A DNA stretch of 64,000 nucleotides from a bacterium (GCA_041640655.1 JBEPZV010000010.1:1-64000), one strand, 5' to 3'. Shown: positions 30,031-40,728, counted from the first letter of the stretch. Program-made: numbers and translations. Notes: generated by a model from the sequence alone, not told the origin.

Positions 30031-30684
30031 GTGGAGCAGACGGGAGCGTACATCTACTGCAATCGCTACAGCGAAGTGAAGTCGGTGCTGATCTGTGCCG
30101 TGCGGTGTCCGTATGCGCTCGGGTGTCGAGATTGGGCGGGAGCGCTGGCCAGCGATCGGCGCGAGCGCATCGAGCGGGAAGTGCGCGCCTATGCGGAGGC
30201 GAAGGGCCTCATCCTCAATCCCGAGGTATGGCATCCCCTCTCGGGACGGCGGAAGCGCAAGAGGAGCTCGCCGCAGGCGGTGGCTACGGGTTCGCTCTCA
30301 TCGTCGTCGCCTTCAGGCGCGACGGGGTCATCTTCCCGGTCACACATCGAGGATTCTCGGAGCGGGGAGGGAGGACGCATGGGAGGAGAGAAGAGCGCGG
30401 ACGTGAAGCGGACGGAATCATTCGCCATCGCGCGAGAGGCCGAATCTCTGTCCGCGAAACGCAGGAAGGGAGTGAAGGCCTCCTCGCGTCGGAAGAGGCG
30501 GGAGGCGCAACCGGCGGGGACGATCTTCCTCATCCTCGATCGGAATGGGCGATATCGGGAGGTCAAGAGTGAGGAGGAGATGAAGCGCATCGCCATCGAG
30601 AGCGCGGGGCGGAATAAGAAAGGATTGCGCTTCGCGCGGGCGACGCTTCTGGAGGTCGAGGTCACATTTCGCCCGGTCCGATGA
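30031..30684 (+). CDS. Hypothetical basic protein with an N-terminal four-Cys cluster
   Basis: SD-like GAGGGAG, upstream promoter, fills the intergenic space; YCNRY...CAVRCPYALGC. Confidence 0.6.
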   Translation: MEQTGAYIYCNRYSEVKSVLICAVRCPYALGCRDWAGALASDRRERIEREVRAYAEAKGLILNPEVWHPLSGRRKRKRSSPQAVATGSLSSSSPSGATGSSSRSHIEDSRSGEGGRMGGEKSADVKRTESFAIAREAESLSAKRRKGVKASSRRKRREAQPAGTIFLILDRNGRYREVKSEEEMKRIAIESAGRNKKGLRFARATLLEVEVTFRPVR

Positions 30685-30725
30685 TGGCGATGCGCCCTGG
30701 AGGGGGCGCATCGCGCGGGGGCGGA

Positions 30726-31376
30726 TCATCCGAGGCAGAATCCGACGTTCACCAATCCGACGCCGATGGGGACGACGAACCCCAAGCAGGGGACGACCTT
30801 GAAAAACGGCGGCGTATTGGTGAGCACGACGTTGAACCCGATGGCGGGGCCGATGATCCCCAGCAGGGATTGCGCGGCCTCGACATCGGTGGCCGAGGCG
30901 CGCTTCGGAAGTGGCGTGAACTTGTATTCGCTGGCCGGGAGGCTCGCGACGACGTTGCCGAACCGATCGCGGAGATTCAGGGAGAGGCGCCGCGTCTGCG
31001 GATGGCCTCCGATCTCGAGCGTGTAGAGGCCAGCCGGCAGCGTCTTATTCTGCACGGAGAACGCCTTCCCGGCCTCGAGGATCCCCACCGTGCCCAGACG
31101 TCGCGGATCCCAGGACGAGGCGGGCGTCAGTGTCACCGGCGTATCGCCGATCTGCAAGAGCTTCGCCTGGCTGGAATCCACCGTCATCCCGATCTCCACG
31201 GCGCGATTTTGGACGAAGAGGTCGAGCGTCTGAAAGAGGCTCGGAACGTCGAGGCCGTTCACCCCCGCGAGGTCTTGGGGAGGTTCGGAAGCGGCCGTGA
31301 GTCCCGCTTCCCGGGAGGAGGGGAGGGAGAGAGCCAGCAGGAACGCGACCATAGTCATCGCCGTACGCATCTTCAT
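30726..31376 (-). CDS. Hypothetical secreted protein with a hydrophobic Cys-containing C-terminus
   Basis: SD GGAGG before ATG 31376; signal peptide MKMRTAMTMVAFLLALSLP. Confidence 0.65.
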   Translation of the reverse strand: MKMRTAMTMVAFLLALSLPSSREAGLTAASEPPQDLAGVNGLDVPSLFQTLDLFVQNRAVEIGMTVDSSQAKLLQIGDTPVTLTPASSWDPRRLGTVGILEAGKAFSVQNKTLPAGLYTLEIGGHPQTRRLSLNLRDRFGNVVASLPASEYKFTPLPKRASATDVEAAQSLLGIIGPAIGFNVVLTNTPPFFKVVPCLGFVVPIGVGLVNVGFCLG

Positions 31377-31558
31377 CGTCTTTCGCCTCCAGAGAAGATC
31401 ACTTCGAGCACGACGCCGTGAGGGTGCCGACCTGAGCGCTCTCTCGCGCCCCACTCGGTGACCTCTTTTCGGCGTCGTTTCCATTGTCATCCGCCAGATG
31501 GGACGGCGGGCGGGCGAGCGAGCGTTGTATGAATTTTTCCCTTTGGGAAGCGCGCGTC

Positions 31559-31588
31559 TTGTCTCCTCTCCTTCGGGTCGAGTACAAT
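31559..31588 (+). promoter_or_regulatory. Putative sigma70 promoter (TTGTCT-18-TACAAT) for the M14 peptidase
   Basis: Hexamer matches upstream of ATG 31636. Confidence 0.4.
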
Positions 31589-31635
31589 GCCGCTTCCGCG
31601 AACACGTGGGGGGAATCTCGAGGAGGGGGAGACGT

Positions 31636-34179
31636 ATGATCGGACGCGCATGGGGCTGGCTGAGTCTTCTGCTCATCATCCTGACGGTCGGGACGTCGTC
31701 CCCGGCGCAGCGGACCATTCCTTCCCCGAGGGAGCATCTGGGGTTCGACATCGGGGAGGATCGCAAGCTCGCCAGTTGGCCGCAGATCGTCGAATATCTC
31801 CGGCGATTGGATGAGGCCTCGGATCGCCTGCGCGTTGTGGAGTTGGGGGTGACGACGGAAGGGCGTCCGTTCATCATGGCGATCATCGCGGCTCCGCAGA
31901 CGCTCGCTCGATTGGAGGAGTATCGTCAGCTCCAGAAGCGACTCGCCGATCCGCGCGGCCTCTCCGAGGCAGAAGCGCGGGCGTTGATCGAGCGGGGGAA
32001 GGTCGTCGTCTTGATCACCTGCAATATTCATTCGACAGAGGTGGCCAGTGCGCAAACGGCTCTTGAGTTCGCGTGGCGCATGGTGACCGAGGATTCGCCG
32101 CGCGTGCGGGAGATCCTGGAGAATGTGATCCTGCTGCTCATCCCCTCGCTCAATCCGGATGGGAATCAGATGGTCTACGAGTGGTATCAACGGACGCTCG
32201 GCACGCCGTATGAGGGGACAAGTCCGCCGTGGCTCTATCACAAGTACGTGGGGCACGACAACAATCGGGATTGGTACATGTTCACGCAGGTGGAGACGCG
32301 GCTCACCGTGGAGAAGGTGCATAACGCCTGGCACCCGCAGATCGTCTACGATGTTCATCAGATGGGAGCCTATGGAGCGCGCATCTTCACGCCGCCCTGG
32401 ATTGATCCGATCGAGCCCAACATTGACCCGATCCTCGTGCAGGGGATGAACTGGTTGGGCATGAAGATGGCGGCCGATCTCACGGCGGAGGGGAAGACGG
32501 GGGTCGTCGTCAACGCGATCTACGATCTCTGGACGCCGGCGCGGTGCTACCAGTGCTATCATGGGGGCTTGCGGATCTTGACCGAATCGGCGAGCGTGCG
32601 CATTGCATCGCCGATCGAGATCCCTTTCGAGCGGCTGCAGGGGGGACGCGGTTATGATGCGCGACAACCGAGTTGGAATTTCCCCCAGCCCTGGCCCGGG
32701 GGCATTTGGCACTTGCGCGATATTGTGGACTATCAGCTCTCGGCCTTCTTCTCGCTCTTGCAGGCGGCGGCGCGGCATCGGGATCACTTCTTGTGGAATT
32801 TTTATCGGGTCGGGAAGCGGGCGGTCGAGCGGCAAGGGCCACCATATGCCTTCGTCATCCCGGCGGAGCAGAAGGATCCGGCGGCGGCCCGCGTGCTCCT
32901 CGAGACCTTGCGCTTCGGACTCGTAGAAGTCTGGCGAGCGCGAGCAGCGTTCCAGGCGGACGGACGAACGTTCTCGGCTGGCAGCTCTGTCATCCCGCTG
33001 GCACAACCTTATGGCGCGTTCGCCAAGGCGCTGCTCGAGCGGCAGCGCTATCCCGATCTGCGGGAGTACCCAGGTGGACCGCCCAAGCGCCCCTATGACG
33101 TGACTGCGCATACGCTCCCACTGCTGATGGGGGTGGATGTGGTGGAGATCGCTCGCCCCTTCTCTGCCGAGCTGGAGCGCGTGGAGCGGGTGGACGCACC
33201 AAGAGGGGGGATCGTGGGGGGACGGTCCCCGCATGGATATCTGATTCGGCCGGAGGGGCATCATGAGATCGCTGCGCTCTTTGAGCTGCTCAAGCGAGGA
33301 GCGCGCGTGTATCGGCTCCTGGAAGCTTCGGCTTTTCCCCCGGGCACGGCGTTCGTCCCCTCCGGGCAGGAAGCGCTCCTTGAAGAGGTCGCCCGACGCT
33401 TCTCGATCATGGTGCACGTAGCTCGTGAACATCCGCGTGGGGCCGCTCTTGAGCTGCGGCTGCCGCGCGTGGGGATATACCGGAGCTACGTCCCCTCGAT
33501 GGATGAGGGGTGGACGCGATGGGTCTTCGACCGCTTCGGCATCCCATATGAGAACATCTACGATCGCGACGTGCGGGCGGGGAATTTGCGCGCGCGCTTC
33601 GACGTGATCCTCTTGCCCGATCACGCGCCGCGCGCGATCGTGGAGGGGCATCGGCCGGGCACGATGCCCGAAGAGTATACGGGAGGGCTTGGCGACGTCG
33701 GTCTCGCGCAGTTGCGCGCCTTCGCCGAGGCGGGAGGAACCCTTGTAGCGTTCAACCAGGCTTCGACGGTCCTTCTGAGAGGAATTCGTCCCGCTGTGCG
33801 CGATGTGCTCGCGGGCGTCTCCGAGCGAGAGTTCTACGGGCCGGGTTCGATCCTGAAGGCTGAGTTCGATCCCGCGCATCCGGTCACCTTCGGCATGGAC
33901 CGCGAGGCGGCGATTTGGTTCGAGGAGGGGCCAGCGTTCGAGGTGGGGGAATCGGCGGTGGCCATCGCGCGGTATCCGTCGGGCGATCCGCTGTTGAGCG
34001 GATGGCTGCTGGGTGGGGAGCGGCTCTCCGGGAAAGCCGCGCTCGTCGAGGTCCCGATCGGTCGGGGTCGCGCCATCCTCTTCGGATTCCGACCGCAATA
34101 TCGGGGACAGTCTTATGCCACGTTCAAGACGGTCTTCAACGCGCTGCTCTATGCGGCTTCGGAGCGGGTGACCTGGTGA
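31636..34179 (+). CDS. Secreted M14 zinc carboxypeptidase family protein with a C-terminal glutamine-amidotransferase-like domain
   Basis: Signal peptide; IHSTE (HxxE), NPDG, DNNRD, DVHQM; SMDEGWTRW, GFRPQYRGQ. Confidence 0.85.
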   Translation: MIGRAWGWLSLLLIILTVGTSSPAQRTIPSPREHLGFDIGEDRKLASWPQIVEYLRRLDEASDRLRVVELGVTTEGRPFIMAIIAAPQTLARLEEYRQLQKRLADPRGLSEAEARALIERGKVVVLITCNIHSTEVASAQTALEFAWRMVTEDSPRVREILENVILLLIPSLNPDGNQMVYEWYQRTLGTPYEGTSPPWLYHKYVGHDNNRDWYMFTQVETRLTVEKVHNAWHPQIVYDVHQMGAYGARIFTPPWIDPIEPNIDPILVQGMNWLGMKMAADLTAEGKTGVVVNAIYDLWTPARCYQCYHGGLRILTESASVRIASPIEIPFERLQGGRGYDARQPSWNFPQPWPGGIWHLRDIVDYQLSAFFSLLQAAARHRDHFLWNFYRVGKRAVERQGPPYAFVIPAEQKDPAAARVLLETLRFGLVEVWRARAAFQADGRTFSAGSSVIPLAQPYGAFAKALLERQRYPDLREYPGGPPKRPYDVTAHTLPLLMGVDVVEIARPFSAELERVERVDAPRGGIVGGRSPHGYLIRPEGHHEIAALFELLKRGARVYRLLEASAFPPGTAFVPSGQEALLEEVARRFSIMVHVAREHPRGAALELRLPRVGIYRSYVPSMDEGWTRWVFDRFGIPYENIYDRDVRAGNLRARFDVILLPDHAPRAIVEGHRPGTMPEEYTGGLGDVGLAQLRAFAEAGGTLVAFNQASTVLLRGIRPAVRDVLAGVSEREFYGPGSILKAEFDPAHPVTFGMDREAAIWFEEGPAFEVGESAVAIARYPSGDPLLSGWLLGGERLSGKAALVEVPIGRGRAILFGFRPQYRGQSYATFKTVFNALLYAASERVTW

Positions 34180-34227
34180 ACTGAACGGCGGGGCGACTCG
34201 GCGGACGTGTGGCATGCCCGGCGGCGC

Positions 34228-35124
34228 TCACAGCCGGGCGCGGCGCCGATAGAGCGCGATCAGCCCTTGCGTCCCCTGTTCGCCGAGTCCCTCGGCGACG
34301 GCCTCGCGGAAGAGGCGGAAGGCGAGCGCCGCTCCCGGAAAGATCTCCGGCTCATCCTCGAGTGCTCGCCCCGAGATCTGCTGGACGGCTTCGCGCACCA
34401 GACGCAGGTCTTTCTGTTGAAGAGCGATCTTGAACCCCGGCGCGAAGTCGTTCTGCATGATCTTCGGGGCGAGCGTCGAGAGCATCCAGGAGGCGGCCGC
34501 TCCACCAGAGACGACGCGGAACGTCGTCTCCAGGTTGAGGCCCAATCGCTCCGCCAGATGAACGCCCTCGACGACGGCGATGATGGTCAGGGCGCAGATG
34601 AGCTGATTCACGAGCTTCGTCTTCTGACCACTCCCGCTGGGTCCCGTGTAGATGATCGTCTTCCCCAGGGCGCGAAGGACGGGCAGGCATCGCTGGAAGG
34701 TATCTTCTCGGCCTCCGACCATAATGGCGAGCGTGCCCTCGATGGCGCCGCGTTCTCCGCCGCTGACGGGGGCATCGAGCATCTCACATCCGCGCTCTGC
34801 GAGGCGCTGCGCGAACGTCGCGGCGGCCTCTGGGGCGATGGTGCTCATCTCGATCACGATGCTCCCCGGGCGTATGCCCTCCCAGACCCCTCCCGGACCG
34901 AAGAGCACGGCTTCGACATCGGGCGTATCCGAGAGCATGGTGAGGACGACTCCGGATGCTTCGGCGAGGTCGGCCGGGGAAGGCGCCCACGCGGCGCCCA
35001 TCTCAAGAAGCGGCTGGGCCTTGCTCGCCGTGCGATTATAAACGGTCAGAGGGAATCCCGCCTTGAGGAGATTCATGGCCATGGGGCGTCCCATCGTGCC
35101 GAGTCCGATGAATCCGAGGCGCAT
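34228..35124 (-). CDS. NAD(P)-dependent beta-hydroxyacid dehydrogenase (3-hydroxyisobutyrate dehydrogenase/GarR family)
   Basis: FIGLGTMG, DAPVSGG, GSGQKTKLVNQ, KDL. Confidence 0.9.
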   Translation of the reverse strand: MRLGFIGLGTMGRPMAMNLLKAGFPLTVYNRTASKAQPLLEMGAAWAPSPADLAEASGVVLTMLSDTPDVEAVLFGPGGVWEGIRPGSIVIEMSTIAPEAAATFAQRLAERGCEMLDAPVSGGERGAIEGTLAIMVGGREDTFQRCLPVLRALGKTIIYTGPSGSGQKTKLVNQLICALTIIAVVEGVHLAERLGLNLETTFRVVSGGAAASWMLSTLAPKIMQNDFAPGFKIALQQKDLRLVREAVQQISGRALEDEPEIFPGAALAFRLFREAVAEGLGEQGTQGLIALYRRRARL

Positions 35125-35134
35125 ACGTTCCTCC

Positions 35135-36886
35135 TCATCGCGTCGTCGTCAGACCATGCCCGATCGGATATGCGCCGGGCAGGCTGATGGGAAGTTTCCC
35201 GGTGAAGGGGATCTCGCCGAGAATGGCTCGGAGCGCCGCGCGCTCGGCCTCCGGATAGTACTCGTAGGTCAGGATGTAGGTCGGCAGTTCGGGGACGACC
35301 GAGAGCGCGTAGGGGCTGCCGAAGAGCGTGAAGACAAAGGGTTTCTCCCATGTCGAGAGGAAGCGGAGCAGGTCCAGCTGCCCCTCGGTCAGATCAATGG
35401 AGCCTTTGTACGCAGCGACGCGGATGAAGCCGTTGGCCAAGATGACGTCGCAGAGGCCGGCCAGTTTCTTGATGACTTCGATCGTCTCGCGCGATGTCCT
35501 CTCGTCAATCGTCACTTCGACCACATTCTGATGGCGCTTGAGGAGTTCTGCGCGGAAGGCGGCTCCGGGCGGACCTTCGCGCCATCCCTCCCGCGCGTCG
35601 AGGATCGTGAGCAACAGGACGCGCTGCGCCTCCTGCAGCGAGAGCGGGAGGACGCGGCGCTCATCGCGCACCAGTGTGATCGCGCGTTCGATCATCGTGC
35701 GCGCCCATTGCTGATGTTCTCGCTGACCGACGATCGTCTCGATCCGGTCAAGATCCACGTACCGATTTCGGTGCAGGCCGAGCCGCGCCTTCGCCTCCAG
35801 AAGCCGTCGCACTGAGGCCTCGATGCGCTCCAGGGGGATCTCGCCGCGTTCGACGGCGCGGCGGAGCGCCGTGAAGGATCTCTCGACGTCCACGGGGAAG
35901 AGGATCACATCGGCTCCGGCACGCACGGCGCGCAGCGTGGCCTCCTCCGGCGTGAAGTGGTCGGCGATCCCCCGCATCTCCATGGCATCGGTGAAGATCA
36001 GACCCTGAAAGCCCAGCTCCGTCCGAAGCAGTCCGGTGAGGATCGCGGGCGAGAGTGTCGCGGGCACGCCCCGCTCCGGCTCCAAGTGAGGCAGCGCGAT
36101 GTGAGCCGTCATGATCGCCGCGACGCCCGCGCGGATGGCCGCGCGGAAGGGGGGCAGCTCCACCTGCTCCAGGCGATCGCGTCCGACCGTGATGACGGGC
36201 AGCTCCAGATGCGAGTCCTGGCTCGTATCGCCATGGCCGGGGAAATGCTTGGCCGTCGCCAGCTGTCCGTTCTCTTGCGCGCCGCGAATGTATGCTTGGC
36301 CGAGCCGCGAGACGAGCGCGACGTCCTCGCCAAAGGATCGGATGTTGATGATGGGGTTTCTCGGATTGTTGTTGACATCCAAGACGGGGTAAAAATTCAC
36401 GTGAATCCCCATGGCGCGCCCCTCGATGGCCGTGATCTGGCCGGCACGGTACGCCAGCTCTTCACTCCCGGTCGCGCCCAGAGCCATCGCGCGCGGCAGA
36501 CGCGTCGCTCCGCGAAATTGATATCCCGGTCCGCCCTCCAGATCCGCTGTGATCAAAAGCGGGATCTTCGCCAGCCGTTGCATGCGGTTCAACAGGGCCG
36601 CCAGGGCGACGGGATCTCCGCCGAAGGCGTGGTAGCCGCCCACGTGAAAGTCCACGATGTTCCGCTCGATGCGGTGAAACTCCTCGCTCTCGCGATTCAT
36701 GAAGACGGGAGACATCGCGGGGATGAGCATCTGCCCGATCTTCTCCTCCAGCGTCATCTCCCGGAGCGTCTCTTCGACCCAGGCGCGATCTTCCGGACTC
36801 AAGGGACGTGAGACATCCTGTCGCGCGATGACGGACGTCGTGAGCGAGAGCCACAGGCTGAGTGCGATGATCCCGGCTCGTCTCAT
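35135..36886 (-). CDS. GH3 beta-N-acetylhexosaminidase, secreted
   Basis: Signal peptide; DLEGG, PVLDVN, RSFGED, KHFPGHGDTSQDSH, TDAMEM. Confidence 0.88.
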   Translation of the reverse strand: MRRAGIIALSLWLSLTTSVIARQDVSRPLSPEDRAWVEETLREMTLEEKIGQMLIPAMSPVFMNRESEEFHRIERNIVDFHVGGYHAFGGDPVALAALLNRMQRLAKIPLLITADLEGGPGYQFRGATRLPRAMALGATGSEELAYRAGQITAIEGRAMGIHVNFYPVLDVNNNPRNPIINIRSFGEDVALVSRLGQAYIRGAQENGQLATAKHFPGHGDTSQDSHLELPVITVGRDRLEQVELPPFRAAIRAGVAAIMTAHIALPHLEPERGVPATLSPAILTGLLRTELGFQGLIFTDAMEMRGIADHFTPEEATLRAVRAGADVILFPVDVERSFTALRRAVERGEIPLERIEASVRRLLEAKARLGLHRNRYVDLDRIETIVGQREHQQWARTMIERAITLVRDERRVLPLSLQEAQRVLLLTILDAREGWREGPPGAAFRAELLKRHQNVVEVTIDERTSRETIEVIKKLAGLCDVILANGFIRVAAYKGSIDLTEGQLDLLRFLSTWEKPFVFTLFGSPYALSVVPELPTYILTYEYYPEAERAALRAILGEIPFTGKLPISLPGAYPIGHGLTTTR

Positions 36887-36907
36887 CTTCTCCCCTCCTC
36901 GTGAGAC

Positions 36908-37858
36908 TCATGGTGAGTCGTGAGTGTAGCGTTCGTCCGGTCCGCTCCGCAAATCCCCGGATGGGCGGAGAGGGGCTGGGGGCTCTTCTGGTTCGGGCGC
37001 TCTCGGGGCCTCGGATCGCTCGATCGGGCGCGCGGGATCGGTGATCCATTCGCTCCAGGAGCCGGCGTAGAGTCGTGCTTCGCCAAGGCCCGCATGCGCG
37101 AGCGCCAGGAGGTTATGCGCGGCTGTCACGCCGGAGCCGCAGTAGAAGATCGCGCGCGAGGGCGGGACGTCGCCCAAGATCCGCTCGAAGCGCTGGCGCA
37201 GCTCGGCGGCCGGGCGAAATCGGCCTCGGGCATCGAGATTTTCGAGATAAGGCGCGCAGATGGCCCCCGGGATGTGGCCGGCCACCGGGTCGAGCGGTTC
37301 GTACTCGCCGCGATACCGCTCCGGGCTTCGTGAATCAATCAGGCGAATGTGGGGATCGCCCAGGGCCGCCATGACGTCCTCGACACTCGCCACCAGTTCC
37401 GGGCGGGGGCGGGGGACGAAGCGGCGGGGGGAGCGCCATTCGCGCCCGCGACGGAACGGGCGGCCTTCGGCGCGCCAGCACGGCCAGCCGCCGTCAAGGA
37501 CGGCAACGGCCTCGTGTCCGAGCCACCGCAGCAGCCACCAGAGGCGCGCGGCTATGGAGCCGCCGCTGTCATCATAGGCGACGACTTGAACGGTCGCCGC
37601 GATCCCCCACGCGCTGAATCGCTCGACCAAATGTTCGATGGGCGGGAGGGGATGACGTCCGGTCTTCCCCGGAATGACCGCGCCCGTGAGATCTCGCTCC
37701 AGGTGCGCGTAGAGCGCGCCCGGGATGTGTCCCTGTTCGTACGCGCGTTCGCCTCGCGTGGGATCCTCCAACGCGAACCGGCAGTCTATGAGCACCCAGG
37801 CTGGATCGTCCAGATGCTGCTGCAGGACTTCGGTCGAGATCAACGTGCGGGAGATCAT
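36908..37858 (-). CDS. sseA: Two-domain rhodanese sulfurtransferase (3-mercaptopyruvate sulfurtransferase-like)
   Basis: GHIPGA twice, [14 protein letters not shown] active loop, YAGSWSEW. Confidence 0.9.
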   Translation of the reverse strand: MISRTLISTEVLQQHLDDPAWVLIDCRFALEDPTRGERAYEQGHIPGALYAHLERDLTGAVIPGKTGRHPLPPIEHLVERFSAWGIAATVQVVAYDDSGGSIAARLWWLLRWLGHEAVAVLDGGWPCWRAEGRPFRRGREWRSPRRFVPRPRPELVASVEDVMAALGDPHIRLIDSRSPERYRGEYEPLDPVAGHIPGAICAPYLENLDARGRFRPAAELRQRFERILGDVPPSRAIFYCGSGVTAAHNLLALAHAGLGEARLYAGSWSEWITDPARPIERSEAPRAPEPEEPPAPLRPSGDLRSGPDERYTHDSP

Positions 37859-38328
37859 CGGGCGCGCTCGCTCTGGGGCCTCAGGAATCGAGCTTCGAGT
37901 TGGCGGAGTTTCTCCAGGCGACGACGATGTCGTTCCTCACCGCTGAAGCGCGCGTTCAGGAACGCGCGCACGAGCTCCTTCGCCAGCTCCGGACCAATGA
38001 CGCGCGCGCCGAGGACGAGCACGTTGAGGTCGTCGTGTTCGACGCCCTGGCGCGCGGAATATGTGTCGTGGCACAGTCCCGCGCGAATCCCCGGCACTTT
38101 ATTGGCGGCGACCGAAGCGCCGACGCCGCTCCCGCAGATGAGGATGCCGCGCTCGGCTCGCCCTTGCAGGAGGGCGTCGGCGACGGCTTCGGCGTAGTCG
38201 GGATAATCCACCGGATCCGCGCTCTGGGTCCCCAAGTCTTCCACATCATGCCCGAGCTCGCGCAGATGGGCGACGAGCATCTGCTTCAGCTCGAAACCGG
38301 CGTGATCGGCTCCGATGACGATACGCAT
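37855..38328 (-). CDS. rpiB: Ribose-5-phosphate isomerase B
   Basis: [31 protein letters not shown]. Confidence 0.92.
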   Translation of the reverse strand: MRIVIGADHAGFELKQMLVAHLRELGHDVEDLGTQSADPVDYPDYAEAVADALLQGRAERGILICGSGVGASVAANKVPGIRAGLCHDTYSARQGVEHDDLNVLVLGARVIGPELAKELVRAFLNARFSGEERHRRRLEKLRQLEARFLRPQSERAR

Positions 38329-38440
38329 GTTCGGCCTCCGCTCTGGATTCGGCGAAAGTGTACCAAAGCGGCATCGTCCTGGGGAAGACGCGCGGTTGCG
38401 GTCTATAAGAGGCGATGATTTCGGCAGAAAAAGAATAAAT

Positions 38441-38469
38441 TTTACAAATGCCGGGGCGATCGCTACACT
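38441..38469 (+). promoter_or_regulatory. Sigma70 promoter of ilvBNC (TTTACA-17-TACACT) with an A-rich UP-like element
   Basis: -35 at 38441-38446, -10 at 38464-38469; AAAAAGAATAAAT just upstream. Confidence 0.6.
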
Positions 38470-38495
38470 ATCTCTCTCCGCGAGGGGAAAGGAGA

Positions 38496-40253
38496 ATGAG
38501 CGGTATGAAGAGAATGAAGGGGACGGAGATCTTCGTCGAGTGTTTGCGGCGAGAAGGCGTGGAGGTGATCTTCGGGCATCCGGGAGGGGCGATTCTGCCG
38601 ATCTACGATCGGTTGTACGATGCGGAGATTCGACATATCCTGATGCGACATGAGCAGGCGGCGGCGCACGCGGCCGATGGGTATGCGCGGGCGTCAGGGC
38701 GCGTGGGGGTGGCGATGGCGACCTCAGGGCCAGGGGCGACGAATCTGGTGACCGGCATCGCGAGCGCCTTCATGGATTCGGTGCCAATGGTGGTCTTCAC
38801 GGGGCAGGTGCCCTCGACGCTGATCGGGACCGATGCGTTTCAGGAAGCGGATGTGGTGGGGATCACGCGGCCGTGCACGAAGCACAACTATTTGGTGCTG
38901 CGGACGGAGGATTTGGCGCGCACCATTCGGGAGGCGTTTTATCTGGCGCGGACGGGGCGACCCGGCCCCGTCTTGGTGGACCTCCCCAAGGACATTCAGT
39001 TGAGCGAATGCGAGTTCGAATATCCGGAGCAGGTGCATCTGCGGGGGTATCGGCCGGTTCTGGAGGGAGATCAAGCGGCGATCCGGCGAGCCGCGGTGGC
39101 GATCCTGGAGGCGGAGCGCCCGGTCATTTACGCGGGCGGTGGGGTGATCGCCTCCGACGGGGCCGAGGAGCTGCGTCGGTTGGCGGAGATGGGGCGCATC
39201 CCAGTGGCGACGACGCTGATGGGGCTGGGGGGATTCCCGACGGAGCATCCGTTGTCGCTGGGGATGCTGGGCATGCATGGGAGCTGGTATGCGAACACGG
39301 CCATCAGTCGGTGCGATCTGCTGATCGCCCTGGGCGTGCGATTCGATGATCGGGTGACGGGGAAGCTCTCGGAGTTCGCGCCGACGGCGCGGAAGATTCA
39401 TGTGGATATTGATCCGGCGGAGATCAACAAGAATGTGCGGGTGGACATCCCGATTGTGGGGGATGTGCGGCGCGTGCTCTCGGTCTTGAACGCGGAGGTG
39501 GAGGAGCTGGTGAGCGCGCACAGCACGGCGGCGTGGGTGCGGAAGCGAGAGCAGTGGCTGGCGCAGATCGCGGAGTGGAAGCGGGCGTATCCGTTTCGCT
39601 ATGAATACGACGAGCAGGTGATCAAACCGCAGTGGGTGATCGAGGAGATCGCGCGGATCACGCAAGGGGAGGCGATTCTGACGACCGACGTGGGGCAGCA
39701 TCAGATGTGGGCGGCGCAGTATTATCGGTTCAAACATCCGCGGACGTGGATCACGTCGGGGGGATTAGGCGCAATGGGGTTCGGATTGCCCGCGGCCATT
39801 GGGGCGTGGTTCGCGCGCCGGGATCGGCCCGTGATCGCCATCTGCGGGGATGGGAGTTTTCAGATGACGATGCAGGAGCTGGCTGTGGTGGCCGAGCATC
39901 GGATCCCGGTGAAGGTGGTGATCTTGAACAATTTCTTCCTGGGGATGGTGCGGCAGTGGCAGCAGATCTTCTATAATGGCCGGTACGCGGCGAGCGACCT
40001 TCGGGTCTCGCCCGATTATGCGAAGATCGCCGAGGCTTATGGGTTGCGAGGGCACACAGTGCGCCGGCCCGAGGAGTTGGTGGGGCTTTTGGAACAGACG
40101 ATGCTCGCGAGCGAGCCCGTGATCCTGGATGTGCAGGTGGCAGCGGAGGAGAATGTCTATCCGATGGTGCCGCCCGGGGCGGCGATCACGGAGATGATCC
40201 TGGGGCCGTTGGAGACGACGGCCGTGGCCGACAGCAAGGAGTCGATCGCCTGA
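38496..40253 (+). CDS. ilvB: Acetolactate synthase large subunit
   Basis: [46 protein letters not shown]. Confidence 0.96.
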   Translation: MSGMKRMKGTEIFVECLRREGVEVIFGHPGGAILPIYDRLYDAEIRHILMRHEQAAAHAADGYARASGRVGVAMATSGPGATNLVTGIASAFMDSVPMVVFTGQVPSTLIGTDAFQEADVVGITRPCTKHNYLVLRTEDLARTIREAFYLARTGRPGPVLVDLPKDIQLSECEFEYPEQVHLRGYRPVLEGDQAAIRRAAVAILEAERPVIYAGGGVIASDGAEELRRLAEMGRIPVATTLMGLGGFPTEHPLSLGMLGMHGSWYANTAISRCDLLIALGVRFDDRVTGKLSEFAPTARKIHVDIDPAEINKNVRVDIPIVGDVRRVLSVLNAEVEELVSAHSTAAWVRKREQWLAQIAEWKRAYPFRYEYDEQVIKPQWVIEEIARITQGEAILTTDVGQHQMWAAQYYRFKHPRTWITSGGLGAMGFGLPAAIGAWFARRDRPVIAICGDGSFQMTMQELAVVAEHRIPVKVVILNNFFLGMVRQWQQIFYNGRYAASDLRVSPDYAKIAEAYGLRGHTVRRPEELVGLLEQTMLASEPVILDVQVAAEENVYPMVPPGAAITEMILGPLETTAVADSKESIA

Positions 40254-40254
40254 G

Positions 40255-40728
40255 ATGTTGCGGACCTTGATCCTGCGGGTGGAGAATCGGCCGGGGGCGC
40301 TGGCGCGGATCACGGGCTTGTTCAGCGCGCGGGGGATCAATATCGAGAGCCTGACGGTGGCGCGGACCGAGGACCCGACGCTCTCGCACATGACGATCGT
40401 GGTCGATTTGGACGATGTGGCGTTGGAGAAGTTGGTGAAGTTGTTGGACCGACTGGTGGATGTGGTGGCGGTGACGGTCGTGGACACGCGGGAGGCGGTC
40501 GAGCGAGAGCTGCTGCTGTTGAAGGTGCGACAGGAGCCGGGGCAGAAGCTGGAGTTGCTCAAGGAGGCGGAGCTGTTCCGAGCGCGCGTCGTGGACGTCG
40601 CGCCGCATTCGTATGTGTTGGAAGTGACCGGGGATGAGGATAAACTGGAGGCGTTCATTCGGGTCTTCGAGAAGTACGGGATTCTCGAAGTGGTGCGGTC
40701 GGGGAAGGTCGCCCTGGCGCGGGGATGA
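40255..40728 (+). CDS. ilvN: Acetolactate synthase small (regulatory) subunit
   Basis: ENRPGALARI.GLFS.RG.NIESL ACT motif, ERELLL.KV, RSG.VAL.RG. Confidence 0.95.
   Translation: MLRTLILRVENRPGALARITGLFSARGINIESLTVARTEDPTLSHMTIVVDLDDVALEKLVKLLDRLVDVVAVTVVDTREAVERELLLLKVRQEPGQKLELLKEAELFRARVVDVAPHSYVLEVTGDEDKLEAFIRVFEKYGILEVVRSGKVALARG

Noticed and set aside
30726..31886. Long N-terminal extensions in the ORF track (for example 31886, 11088, 26274, 30007, 31498, 53326)
   Set aside because: Downstream starts with SD sequences and signal peptides or family-typical N-termini fit better.
31399..34215. 938-aa antisense ORF (also 7208-9517, 12840-14552, 59784-61475 and many smaller ones)
   Set aside because: Shadow frames opposite well-supported genes in GC-rich DNA; Arg/Pro-rich translations with no recognisable motifs.
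38329..38495. ilv attenuator or leader peptide
   Set aside because: The promoter lies about 25 nt from the ilvB start, leaving no room; no Ile/Leu/Val-rich mini-ORF or terminator was seen.
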